A stretch of 64,000 nucleotides of DNA. Source: an uncultured Candidatus Saccharibacteria bacterium. Lineage in GTDB: Bacteria; Patescibacteriota; Saccharimonadia; Saccharimonadales; CAZICT01. The notes beneath the pieces were generated by a model, which saw nothing but the letters and a program-made list of their open reading frames with translations, had not been told where the DNA came from and ran no database searches. The position numbers and the translations under genes are program-made. Where the stretch lies: NCBI GenBank assembly GCA_964537935.1, contig CAZICT010000001.1, positions 6,870 to 70,869 of the forward strand. Reading direction: 5' to 3'. Positions 25,494 through 34,703 of the stretch are shown here, piece after piece (position 1 is the stretch's first letter; the number at the start of each line of letters is the position of its first letter).

Positions 25494-25914
25494 TCAAAAC
25501 ACCAATTCTAAGAGACGAAAGAATATTGTGGGCTGTGGATGAGTGAGGCGTACCCGAGCCAACCGATTGTCCGTCAGTTGTCTGCCTATCGTTGAAGAGC
25601 GAACTGCCATCAATACCGCAAGCCCGAAGTATTTCTTCGCCGCCGGGATGCGAGCTGATAAATGAGGTCAAATCGTAGACCACATCGTTAATGATTGTCC
25701 AGCAGTCTCCAGCTGTATTATGCATTGCCACTTCTTCTTGAGTATAAAGCGTTCCTTGATCAGCTTCAGAGGTTTCACCGCCGGAGGCTTGGTTTTGCGG
25801 TACAGACGTTTGTGTCGTTTGCTGAGTTTCATTTTGGTCGCTTAAAAAAATTAATCCTCCAACTAAAACCCCGACAACGGTTAGTGCGATTATTACTGCT
25901 CTAGCCTTACTCAT
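25486..25914 (-). CDS. cytochrome b5-like heme-binding domain protein, membrane-anchored
   Basis: 142 aa with an N-terminal TM helix. The segment CWTIINDVVYDLTSFISSHPGGEEIL carries the HPGG motif. Confidence 0.7.
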   Translation of the reverse strand: MSKARAVIIALTVVGVLVGGLIFLSDQNETQQTTQTSVPQNQASGGETSEADQGTLYTQEEVAMHNTAGDCWTIINDVVYDLTSFISSHPGGEEILRACGIDGSSLFNDRQTTDGQSVGSGTPHSSTAHNILSSLRIGVLTN

Positions 25915-25929
25915 AGTGATCTCCTTCTT

Positions 25930-26628
25930 TTATTGATATCCGGGGAAGGTGTCGGTAATCACACGGCTTTCATCAAGTCCCAGCTGCTTGAGTTCTGCGG
26001 CTAGCGAATCTATCATTGCTTCCGGACCTGATAGGTAATAAAGCTTGTTATCAACGTTTGGTGCGATCTCTAAAATTCTATTGCCATCAAGTCTTCCGCT
26101 TCCGCCATCCCAATTTTTGGGTGGTTCCTTCAAAACTATATACGCGGGAGAACCATACTCGTTAAACAATTCGCGGAACGCCACATCTTCTATAGTGTTA
26201 GCGGCGTAAATCAAGTGAATGGTACGGTGCTCTTGATTGTCGTGCAGCCACTTGATCATGCTCCTCATAGGAGTGACACCAATGCCACCGGCAATGAAAA
26301 CCAAGGGGATGCTCGGATCTTTTGGTAATACAAAATCTCCCATGGGATCACTCGCCATTAGCGTATCGCCTGGCTGCATCGAGTGAAGTGCCTGCTTGAA
26401 ACTACTGCTTTTATCCTGGTTATATTTGGTAGTGATGGCAAGAAGTTCTTCGCTAGGTGACGAAGATAATGTGAACCAACGCTTCTCGCCTCGGTCATCA
26501 GCATTGTCATGCGGTAGGGTAATTTCAACAAATTGGCCGGCCTGATACCTGGGTGTCTTATCAGCAGAAAACCAAAACATAGTTGTATTAAGAGCGACTT
26601 TCTTTGTGGTTTCGAGTGTTAATTGCAA
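25930..26628 (-). CDS. FNR-family FAD/NAD(P)-binding oxidoreductase (cytochrome b5 reductase-like)
   Basis: 232 aa with the RWFTLSSSP (RxYS-type FAD motif) and GGIGVTP (NAD(P) motif). An AAGGAGG Shine-Dalgarno precedes the TTG start. Confidence 0.75.
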   Translation of the reverse strand: MQLTLETTKKVALNTTMFWFSADKTPRYQAGQFVEITLPHDNADDRGEKRWFTLSSSPSEELLAITTKYNQDKSSSFKQALHSMQPGDTLMASDPMGDFVLPKDPSIPLVFIAGGIGVTPMRSMIKWLHDNQEHRTIHLIYAANTIEDVAFRELFNEYGSPAYIVLKEPPKNWDGGSGRLDGNRILEIAPNVDNKLYYLSGPEAMIDSLAAELKQLGLDESRVITDTFPGYQ

Positions 26629-26715
26629 GAGTAAGCCTCCTTTAAAGCATAGGACGTTTTATTCCAAATTACTTATTTAGTATAGCTTATGTAGTTTCAA
26701 TAATTATATATTGGG

Positions 26716-27486
26716 TTAACGCCCGGATCTTTTTTTGGTTTTTGATGTTTTTTTGATGGTGTGTTTAGTGCCGGTACCTTCAGTATCTCTATTATATGAA
26801 CGTAGTTTTAGCCAGGGGTGCGTAATAAACCATTCAGGATGGTCGGTACAAATTGCGACTTTGGGGTATAGCAGGTGGATAAATCGAGCGATAATCCGGC
26901 TGTTGACGGAGTACACCATGATTTGCAAATTCCGTCTTCGGGCCAAGAAATAAGTCAATGGGTTTAGCAACCAGAAGTTTAGATCCAGGCCGTCAACCTT
27001 TGCTTCACGAGCCCGGTCGATTATATCGAATGCTCGGGTGTGTTCTGCTAGGTAGACGGTAAGACTCGGTCGCATTGACTTTATTAATTCCGCTTCATCG
27101 TGTTTAAACGAAGCGACAGCCACGTCATCGATGCCCAGTTCATCAAAGAGATTCAATAATAGATCGGCACAGCCAACGACCTTTACCTCAATAATCAACC
27201 TGGTTTTTTCAGCAGCTTCAAATGCCTGTTTTAGTGTTGGTACTTTCGACTGGCCGTCATTAAGCGTAACCGAACCTAATTCTTCTAGCGTCGATTCAGA
27301 CACTTTTATATGCTTGCCGCTGACACGAAACAGATCATCGTCATGCGCTAGCACCAGCTGGTTGTCTTTAGTCTTACGGACGTCGACTTCAATAGCATCG
27401 ACACCAAGCAGGCGTGCAAGCTCAATGCTTGGTATTGTGTTTTCAAGTGCAAGTCCGCTTACGCCCCTGTGTCCGATAATTTTCAT
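26716..27486 (-). CDS. glycerophosphodiester phosphodiesterase
   Basis: 256 aa with the IIGHRG start motif and the E.D....D GDPD pattern. It has a basic C-terminal tail. Confidence 0.85.
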   Translation of the reverse strand: MKIIGHRGVSGLALENTIPSIELARLLGVDAIEVDVRKTKDNQLVLAHDDDLFRVSGKHIKVSESTLEELGSVTLNDGQSKVPTLKQAFEAAEKTRLIIEVKVVGCADLLLNLFDELGIDDVAVASFKHDEAELIKSMRPSLTVYLAEHTRAFDIIDRAREAKVDGLDLNFWLLNPLTYFLARRRNLQIMVYSVNSRIIARFIHLLYPKVAICTDHPEWFITHPWLKLRSYNRDTEGTGTKHTIKKTSKTKKRSGR

Positions 27487-27553
27487 GAGATATTTACTCT
27501 AGTGTACAATAATTTTCATGAACATAAGCCAGTAATGAACGAAGAGAGGTAAT

Positions 27554-28081
27554 ATGTCCGATTTTAACAAAGTACTTACGCCCGGTGATGTAAGCAGCGG
27601 CACCATCAACACAGTTATTGAAATACCTGAAGGGTCTATTCTAAAAATTGAGTGGAACCGCAAAGTAGCTGCTTTTCAACTTGATAGAGTGGAACCGCAA
27701 ATTTTTGCAAAGCCGGTTAATTATGGTTTTATTCCGGCAACCCTGGACGAAGACGGAGACGAGCTTGATACATTAGTCGTTTGCCCCGAACCACTGCCGA
27801 CAGGTGTATTTTTAGAAGCTAAAGTAATCGGAGTGCTGAACTTCGAAGATGACGGTGAAATGGATCATAAGGTAGTGTGTGTACCGGCTGACAATCGTGA
27901 CGACGGTGACGCGATCAATTCATTAGAAGATTTGCCGGCTCAATGGAAGAAACAAATTGAACATCATTTTACACACTATAAGGATCTCAAAAAGCCAGGA
28001 AGCACTAAAGTTCTCGGATGGGGCGATGCTGAAGACGCCAAAAAGATAATTAACGATTGTATTGCCGCTTATAAAAAATAG
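27554..28081 (+). CDS. ppa: inorganic diphosphatase (family I)
   Basis: 175 aa with the IEIP.GS..K.E, YGFIP.T..EDGD.LD and DHK motifs. Confidence 0.95.
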   Translation: MSDFNKVLTPGDVSSGTINTVIEIPEGSILKIEWNRKVAAFQLDRVEPQIFAKPVNYGFIPATLDEDGDELDTLVVCPEPLPTGVFLEAKVIGVLNFEDDGEMDHKVVCVPADNRDDGDAINSLEDLPAQWKKQIEHHFTHYKDLKKPGSTKVLGWGDAEDAKKIINDCIAAYKK

Positions 28082-28158
28082 TTGCAAATTGTTGCTTCAA
28101 GCTGCTTATGCTTCTACAATAAACACAAATAGTATTAAAAACGGGGTGAGGTGCTCTA

Positions 28159-29181
28159 ATGAAAACACGAATCGCAATCAACGGGTTCGGCCGCATTGGC
28201 CGTAATGCTTTTAAGGTAGCGTTTGAAAGGACCGATCTAGAAATCGTTGCGCTCAATGACCTTACTGATACACGGACTTTGGCACATCTACTAAAGTACG
28301 ACAGCAATTATGGAACTTACCAGCATGATGTAAGCTTTGACGAATCTAATATTATCGTTAACGGTAATGCGATTCGGGTTTTTGCCGAAAAGGAGCCTTC
28401 GGCACTGCCATGGAGAGATTTAAATGTAGATGTGGTAATTGAATCGACTGGCTTCTTTGTAGATCCGGCCAAGGCTCGCGCCCATGTGGATGCTGGCGCA
28501 AAAAAGGTGGTTATCTCTGCACCGGCTAAGGGTGAAGGCGCTACGACAATAGTTTTAGGTGTAAACGAAGACAAACTTGAAACTTCTGAAGATGTAGTCA
28601 GCAATGCTTCGTGCACCACTAACTGTATTACTCCTGTTGCTGCGGTCATTGAAAATGCCTTTGGAATTGATAAAGCAATGATGACGACAGTCCACAGCTA
28701 CACCGCTAGTCAGCGGTTGCAAGATGCGCCGGCAAAGGACCTGCGTGAAGCACGCAATGCAGCAGAAAATATTGTGCCGACCACAACCGGAGCTTCGGTC
28801 GCCGCAGCAAAAGCCTTACCGTCACTGGAGGGAATATTTGGCGGTATGAGCGTACGTGTACCCACGCCCGTAGTTTCATTAAGCGATTTTGTGATTATTA
28901 CCAAGCGCAACGTAAGCGTAGAAGAGGTGAACGAAGCTTTCCGCAAGGCGGCTAAAGAACCGTTCTATCAGGGAATTTTGGCGGTCACTGAAGAAGAATT
29001 GGTAAGCGGCGACTTTATCGGCAACAGTCATTCAGCGATAGTTGACCTTAAATTGACTGCGGTCATAGGCGGTAATATGCTGAAGGTTGTTGCCTGGTAT
29101 GACAACGAATGGGGTTACTCTAATCGGCTGGTTGAGGTCGTGGCTGATCTTGGTCGATTTCTTAATCATAACCAAGCCTAA
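28159..29181 (+). CDS. gap: type I glyceraldehyde-3-phosphate dehydrogenase
   Basis: 340 aa with INGFGRIGR, the active site SNASCTTNC, and WYDNEWGYS. Confidence 0.95.
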   Translation: MKTRIAINGFGRIGRNAFKVAFERTDLEIVALNDLTDTRTLAHLLKYDSNYGTYQHDVSFDESNIIVNGNAIRVFAEKEPSALPWRDLNVDVVIESTGFFVDPAKARAHVDAGAKKVVISAPAKGEGATTIVLGVNEDKLETSEDVVSNASCTTNCITPVAAVIENAFGIDKAMMTTVHSYTASQRLQDAPAKDLREARNAAENIVPTTTGASVAAAKALPSLEGIFGGMSVRVPTPVVSLSDFVIITKRNVSVEEVNEAFRKAAKEPFYQGILAVTEEELVSGDFIGNSHSAIVDLKLTAVIGGNMLKVVAWYDNEWGYSNRLVEVVADLGRFLNHNQA

Positions 29182-29187
29182 ACGGAA

Positions 29188-29637
29188 ATGAGCATGAAAA
29201 TATATCTCGGCTCAGACCACAACGGATTTTTCACTAAACAACGTATCGCAGATCAGTTAAAACAATCTGGCTACGATGTTGTTGATGCAGGCGGTGAACA
29301 TCTTGATCCCCAGGATGATTTTCCGGTGTTTGCCCAAAAGGTCGTCAAAGAGATATTGGTCAGCAAAGACAAAGATGCTCGGGGAATCTTGCTTTGCGGC
29401 AGCGGTCAGGGCATGTGCATGGCAGCAAACCGCTTTAAGGGTATTCGGGCGGCGTTAGGATATGATGTCGAATCGGTTCGCACCAGCCGCAACGATGACG
29501 ATGCGAATATATTATGCATTCCGGCACGGACGCTCAGCGAAGAAGAAGCGTGGGAGCTAGTAAGAACTTTTTTAAAGACAGAGTTTGCCCGAGCACCGCG
29601 ATTTATTCGGCGCCTTAAAGAAATGGATGACATATAA
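29188..29637 (+). CDS. rpiB: ribose-5-phosphate isomerase B
   Basis: 149 aa. The IYLGSDHNGF and GILLCGSGQGM..AANR motifs are typical of RpiB/LacAB. Confidence 0.9.
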   Translation: MSMKIYLGSDHNGFFTKQRIADQLKQSGYDVVDAGGEHLDPQDDFPVFAQKVVKEILVSKDKDARGILLCGSGQGMCMAANRFKGIRAALGYDVESVRTSRNDDDANILCIPARTLSEEEAWELVRTFLKTEFARAPRFIRRLKEMDDI

Positions 29638-29710
29638 GTGTCTATCACTTGAAGGAATAGTGGCATATCGCTACTATAGAGCTAATGGTAAACCGAAAAC
29701 TTAAAAGAGG

Positions 29711-30349
29711 TTGAAATTGGCGGAAATTGTACCGACCATTACAGCGTTTGAGCCTGATGAATATCGCGCTCAAATGGAGCAGATCGCATCGTTTGTGACC
29801 AAAGTTCATATTGACCTAATGGATGGTGATTTTGCGCCGACAGTATCACCGAATCTTGACAGTCTTTGGTGGCCGCACCACATTCAGGCCGATATTCATC
29901 TGATGTATAGACGACCGATGGAGCACGTTGATAGGCTTATTGAGCTTAATCCGCGGCTGGTAATTATTCACGAAGAAGCTGAATTGGATCATGTGCAGTT
30001 TACAGCTCCACTACGCAGTCACGGAATTCTGGTTGGACTGGCCATTTTACAGGAAACTCCCGTTACCCAGGCAGAGCAAATCATACAAAACTTTGATCAT
30101 ATCTTAGTGTTTTCAGGAAGTCTTGGACGCCACGGCGGTCAGGCTGACATGAAGCTTCTGAACAAAGTGGAACAAATCAAACAGCTTAACTCTGAAGTGG
30201 AGATTGGCTGGGACGGAGGCATTGATGATAAAAATGCCAAACAACTGGTTGATGCCGGAGTAAATGTACTAAATGTCGGTGGATTTATACAAAAGTCGGT
30301 CGACCCAAAAAAAGCTTATGATACACTGTTAGCTAAGGTAAAGGGTTAA
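29711..30349 (+). CDS. rpe: ribulose-phosphate 3-epimerase-like protein (start uncertain, TTG at 29711 or 29717)
   Basis: 212 aa with a TIM-barrel pattern (HIDLMDG.F.P, H.M, G.DGG). Its position between rpiB and tkt supports the call. Confidence 0.8.
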   Translation: MKLAEIVPTITAFEPDEYRAQMEQIASFVTKVHIDLMDGDFAPTVSPNLDSLWWPHHIQADIHLMYRRPMEHVDRLIELNPRLVIIHEEAELDHVQFTAPLRSHGILVGLAILQETPVTQAEQIIQNFDHILVFSGSLGRHGGQADMKLLNKVEQIKQLNSEVEIGWDGGIDDKNAKQLVDAGVNVLNVGGFIQKSVDPKKAYDTLLAKVKG

Positions 30350-30357
30350 AACAAATC

Positions 30358-31215
30358 GTGAACAAAAAACTCCCAATAGAGCAACTGGAATTAAAAGCGA
30401 TCGAAGTACGGCAGGACATCATAAAAATGCTTGAGCATGCCGGCAGCGGTCATAGCGCTGGACCACTTGGATTGGCAGACATATTTACGGCACTTTATTT
30501 TGATATTTTAAAACATGACCCAAAAAAGCCTGATTGGGATCAGCGAGATCTGCTCCTACTAAGTAACGGGCACTGTGTTCCTGTTCAATATGCGGCTATG
30601 GCACACGCTGGCTATTTTGATCCTAAAGAACTCATGACTCTTAGGCAGTTCGGCTCCAGACTGCAAGGACATCCGGAGAGAATAAAATTACCTGGAATTG
30701 AAACTACCAGCGGGCCACTCGGGAGTGGTCTGAGCCAAGCTGCTGGCATGGCTTTGGCTATGCGAATGAATAAAGATTTGCACCGCTGGGTTTATGTTGT
30801 CATGGGTGATGGTGAGCTGAACGAAGGAAATATCTGGGAAGCAGCCATGCTGGCCGGTAAATATAAATTAAACAATATTATCGGAATTGTTGACCGTAAC
30901 AATATTCAAATTGACGGCCCAACAGAGGAGGTTATGCCGCTTGAAGAGCTAGCTGGAAAATGGGAAGCTTTCGGTTGGCATGTGATAGAAATAGACGGGC
31001 ATAACATTGAAGCAGTGATTGATGCCTGCGCTATGGCCAGAGCGATAGTTGAAAAGCCAGTAGTCATAATTGCTCACACTATTCCTGGAAAGGGAGTGAG
31101 TTTTATGGAGTACGATTTTCACTGGCACGGCACACCGCCAACCAGCGAACAAGCTAAAGAGGCTCTTAGGGATATTCGTACACTCAAAGGTAAGATCAGG
31201 AGTGAAGGTCAATGA
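30358..31215 (+). CDS. transketolase, N-terminal (TPP-binding) subunit
   Basis: 285 aa with GSGHSAGPL, LSNGH and GDGELNEGNIWEA motifs. This is the split-type transketolase. Confidence 0.9.
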   Translation: MNKKLPIEQLELKAIEVRQDIIKMLEHAGSGHSAGPLGLADIFTALYFDILKHDPKKPDWDQRDLLLLSNGHCVPVQYAAMAHAGYFDPKELMTLRQFGSRLQGHPERIKLPGIETTSGPLGSGLSQAAGMALAMRMNKDLHRWVYVVMGDGELNEGNIWEAAMLAGKYKLNNIIGIVDRNNIQIDGPTEEVMPLEELAGKWEAFGWHVIEIDGHNIEAVIDACAMARAIVEKPVVIIAHTIPGKGVSFMEYDFHWHGTPPTSEQAKEALRDIRTLKGKIRSEGQ

Positions 31216-31658
31216 TTTGGGCTCTGATAGCGTTAACTATTTTGTCGCACGCTTTGCTTAATATTTTGACTTCAAGAGCGAGCCTGGCGGTTAACTCGCT
31301 TTTGACCAGCTCTGTTATTAATACGGTAGGCGCACTTATTCCTATCGGAGTGTACCTGATGGTTGTGCGTAACAGCGGGATTAATGTTTCAACAAACAAA
31401 GGTATAAGCATTGCTGTAATGGCAGGAGCCTGTCTGGCAATATTTACATTGAGCCTCACTAAAATATTTTCACTTGGCAGCAACCTTTCTTATGTTATGC
31501 CGCTTATTTTTGGCGGTTCGATAGTCCTAAGCATAATTGCCGGTATTGTGGTGTTTAAGGAAAAAGTTATGATGATTGAGTTGGTGGGCGCCGGTCTCAT
31601 ATTAGCCGGCATCACCGCAATCGTATGGTCGCGTATTAAGGGAGTGGCTTTAGTATGA
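31212..31658 (+). CDS. small DMT/EamA-like membrane protein (4-5 TM) inserted between the two transketolase halves
   Basis: 148 aa, very hydrophobic, with a single EamA-like half. Its start and stop overlap both tkt subunit genes by 4 nt. Confidence 0.6.
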   Translation: MIWALIALTILSHALLNILTSRASLAVNSLLTSSVINTVGALIPIGVYLMVVRNSGINVSTNKGISIAVMAGACLAIFTLSLTKIFSLGSNLSYVMPLIFGGSIVLSIIAGIVVFKEKVMMIELVGAGLILAGITAIVWSRIKGVALV

Positions 31659-32635
31659 ATCTTCATTTGATTGATAACATTACCGATGAAAAAATAGCTA
31701 AAGAACCAACACGTAAAGGGTTTGGTAAGGGTTTGTTGAAGGCTGGCGAAATTGACGATAACGTTGTGGCGGCTTGCGCCGATTTAACCGAATCGACTCA
31801 GATGCATCTATTTAGGGATGCCTTTCCAGAGCGGTTTGTAGAGATTGGTGTGGCCGAGCAAAATCTGGTAACAGTCGGATCAGGTCTGGCAGCTTTGGGT
31901 AAGATACCGTTTGTTAGCAGCTACGCCGCATTTAGCCCCGGCCGTAACTGGGAGCAGATACGTACGACTATTTGCCTTAATGAGCAACCGGTTAAAATTG
32001 TAGGGTCACATGCCGGGCTTTATACCGGCTTTGATGGCGCAACACACCAGATGTTGGAAGACATCTCATTGATGCGGGTATTGCCTAACATGGTTGTGGT
32101 AGTGCCTTGCGATAGCATTGAAGCTGAAAAAGCAACGCTGGCGTTGGCAAAAAATAATAAACCTAGTTATTTGCGACTGGCGCGCGAGGCTACTCCAGTT
32201 ATCACTACTGAGGAAACGCCGTTTGAAATCGGCAAGGCTTATGTTTTTGCTGAAGGCAAAGATCTCACCATAGTTTCTACTGGTCCAATGACATATCAAG
32301 CTATGATAGCTTCAGAGATGCTGTTTAAGGATGGAATTGACGCAGAGGTTGTACATGTGCCGACCATCAAACCGCTTGATGCGGTAACCATCTTAAAGAG
32401 CCTTCACAAGACCAATGCTGTCTTAACTGTCGAAGAAGCGCAGATCAATGGCGGACTCGGTGGTGCAGTGGCAGAGTTGGTGGCCGAGGAGCATCCAGTA
32501 CCGTTGAAGCGTGTAGGCGTACGTGATAAGTTCGGCGAGTCAGGAAAGCCGGAAGAATTATTTGAAAAACATGGTTTAACGCCTAAACATATCGCTATGC
32601 ATGCTCATGAGTTGCTTGTTAAGAAACATTCATAA
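31655..32635 (+). CDS. transketolase, C-terminal (pyrimidine-binding) subunit
   Basis: 326 aa with the FVEIGVAEQN.V..A.GLA and GATHQ..EDI motifs. Confidence 0.9.
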   Translation: MNLHLIDNITDEKIAKEPTRKGFGKGLLKAGEIDDNVVAACADLTESTQMHLFRDAFPERFVEIGVAEQNLVTVGSGLAALGKIPFVSSYAAFSPGRNWEQIRTTICLNEQPVKIVGSHAGLYTGFDGATHQMLEDISLMRVLPNMVVVVPCDSIEAEKATLALAKNNKPSYLRLAREATPVITTEETPFEIGKAYVFAEGKDLTIVSTGPMTYQAMIASEMLFKDGIDAEVVHVPTIKPLDAVTILKSLHKTNAVLTVEEAQINGGLGGAVAELVAEEHPVPLKRVGVRDKFGESGKPEELFEKHGLTPKHIAMHAHELLVKKHS

Positions 32636-32661
32636 ATAAACCGCGCGCGAAAGGTGGGAAT

Positions 32662-33573
32662 ATGTCTTTAACGTTAAGAGAAATGAGGCAAAATTGCCAT
32701 AATGCACGACAAGCAATGCATCGAGCACGTGCGGAAAAGTTTGCGCTGGGCGCTTTCAATATCGATAATCAGGAGACTTTAATAGCAATTGCACGGGCTG
32801 CTCAAAAGAAGCAAGCACCTGTAATGGTAGAGGTCAGCCAAGGAGAAGTCGATGCTATGGGCCTCGATAACGTCCGTGACATGGTTGATAACTACAAACA
32901 TACCTATGGCATTGAAATGTATATCAATCTTGATCATGCGCCCACCGTGGCAGCAGCAATTGCTGGTATTGAGGCCGGCTTTGAATTTGTTCACATCGAC
33001 ATAAGCCAAGCCCGTAAAGACGCGACACTTGAAGAGATCATTACCGAGACCAAACAAGTGGTTGACTATGCCCGGCTTACTGGAGCGCTCGTAGAAAGCG
33101 AACCGCATTATTTTGGTGGCAGCTCTAATTTGCATACCAAAGCTATAAACTACAGTGAGATTAGAAAAACTTTCAGTACACCCGAAGGTTCTAAGGCCTT
33201 TGTTGAAGCAACCGGTATTGATACATTTGCAGCTGCAGTCGGCAATCTACACGGCAAGTATCCGGTACCCAAAAAGCTGGACCTGGAATTACTCAAGCGA
33301 ATTCGCCAGGCAATTAATTGTAATATCTCACTCCATGGCGGAAGCGGTACACCGGGATATTATTTTAAAGATGCGGTTAAAATTGGCGTGACGAAGGTCA
33401 ATATAAATTCTGATATGCGTATAGCCTTCCGTGATACTCTCGAAAAGGCGCTTAATGAAAATCCGACCGAATATGCGGTAGTTAAGTTAATGGATAGAGT
33501 GATTGACGCAGTCCAGGCCGTCGTTGAGGCAAAAATTGACATGTTTAATGCGACCGGTAAAGCAAACACATAG
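32662..33573 (+). CDS. fba: class II fructose-bisphosphate aldolase
   Basis: 303 aa with FNI.N.E, LDHA, LHGGSG and KVNI.SD patterns. Confidence 0.88.
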   Translation: MSLTLREMRQNCHNARQAMHRARAEKFALGAFNIDNQETLIAIARAAQKKQAPVMVEVSQGEVDAMGLDNVRDMVDNYKHTYGIEMYINLDHAPTVAAAIAGIEAGFEFVHIDISQARKDATLEEIITETKQVVDYARLTGALVESEPHYFGGSSNLHTKAINYSEIRKTFSTPEGSKAFVEATGIDTFAAAVGNLHGKYPVPKKLDLELLKRIRQAINCNISLHGGSGTPGYYFKDAVKIGVTKVNINSDMRIAFRDTLEKALNENPTEYAVVKLMDRVIDAVQAVVEAKIDMFNATGKANT

Positions 33574-33648
33574 CGGATTTGCATAAAAAATAACGATAGG
33601 TATTATAGATATTAAGCATAAGCTCAAAAAAGAATAGGTGGGAAAAAC

Positions 33649-34647
33649 ATGGCACTCGAAGTTTTATCAGTAGGGGATGTAGTAATTGACGCATTCATAA
33701 AGCTGTATGATGATCGGGCACACACTTACGAAAACGAATATGGCAAATGGATTGCTATGCCGTTCGGCAGCAAAATACCGTTCGAAAAAGCTGAAGTGGT
33801 CAATGCGGTCGGTAACTCGTCTAATGCATCAGTGAGCTTTGCCCGACTTGGCATACATAGTGGACTTGTCAGTAATGTAGGTCGTGATCAATATGGACGG
33901 GATATTATAGATGCACTGGAGAACGAGCGGGTTGATACCAGGTTCGTGCGCATCAATAAGGACAAAGTTACTAACTATCATTATGTGCTTTGGTACAAAG
34001 AAGAGCGCACAATACTCATTAATCATGAAGAATATAACTATCAATGGCCACGATTTACGAATGCCGACATACCGAAATGGATATACTTCAGTTCTATCAG
34101 TAGAAACGCACTTGATAGATACCACGATATGGTCGTGGACTGGCTTAACGGCAATCCTGATGTCAAGTTGGCGTTTCAGCCAGGAACTTTTCAGCTTGAA
34201 GCCGGAGCCGAGAGACTAAAAGCGCTTTACGCTCGAACCGAAGTATTGGTTCTGAACCGTGAAGAGGCAGTTTTGGTATCAGGCGGTGATTATAACGATA
34301 TACACGGATTATTCAATTTGCTTCACGCGTTAGGTCCGCGCATAGTTGTGATTACTGATGGACCAGCCGGGGCTTATGCCTCAGATGGTCAAGAGCGATT
34401 TAAGATGCCTCCTTACCCTGATCCAGCACCACCCTACGAACGCACCGGAGCAGGTGATGCCTTTGCGTCTACTTTCGTAGCAGCTCTTATTAAAGGCAAT
34501 ACTGTTGAAGGGGCCTTGCAATGGGCACCGATAAACTCTATGAGTGTTGTTCAGCGTACAGGCGCCCAAGCTGGACTTCTCACCGAAAAAGAAATCGAAG
34601 AGTACCTGAAAAACGCTCCTGAGTGGTATAAGCCCGAGCGCTTTTAA
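33649..34647 (+). CDS. PfkB family carbohydrate kinase
   Basis: 332 aa with the C-terminal TGAGDAF motif and ribokinase-like organisation. Confidence 0.8.
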   Translation: MALEVLSVGDVVIDAFIKLYDDRAHTYENEYGKWIAMPFGSKIPFEKAEVVNAVGNSSNASVSFARLGIHSGLVSNVGRDQYGRDIIDALENERVDTRFVRINKDKVTNYHYVLWYKEERTILINHEEYNYQWPRFTNADIPKWIYFSSISRNALDRYHDMVVDWLNGNPDVKLAFQPGTFQLEAGAERLKALYARTEVLVLNREEAVLVSGGDYNDIHGLFNLLHALGPRIVVITDGPAGAYASDGQERFKMPPYPDPAPPYERTGAGDAFASTFVAALIKGNTVEGALQWAPINSMSVVQRTGAQAGLLTEKEIEEYLKNAPEWYKPERF

Positions 34648-34703
34648 TATACATTTAACCGATGGCAGTCCAGCCGCCTAAATGATATGCTTATGGTAGA
34701 ATT

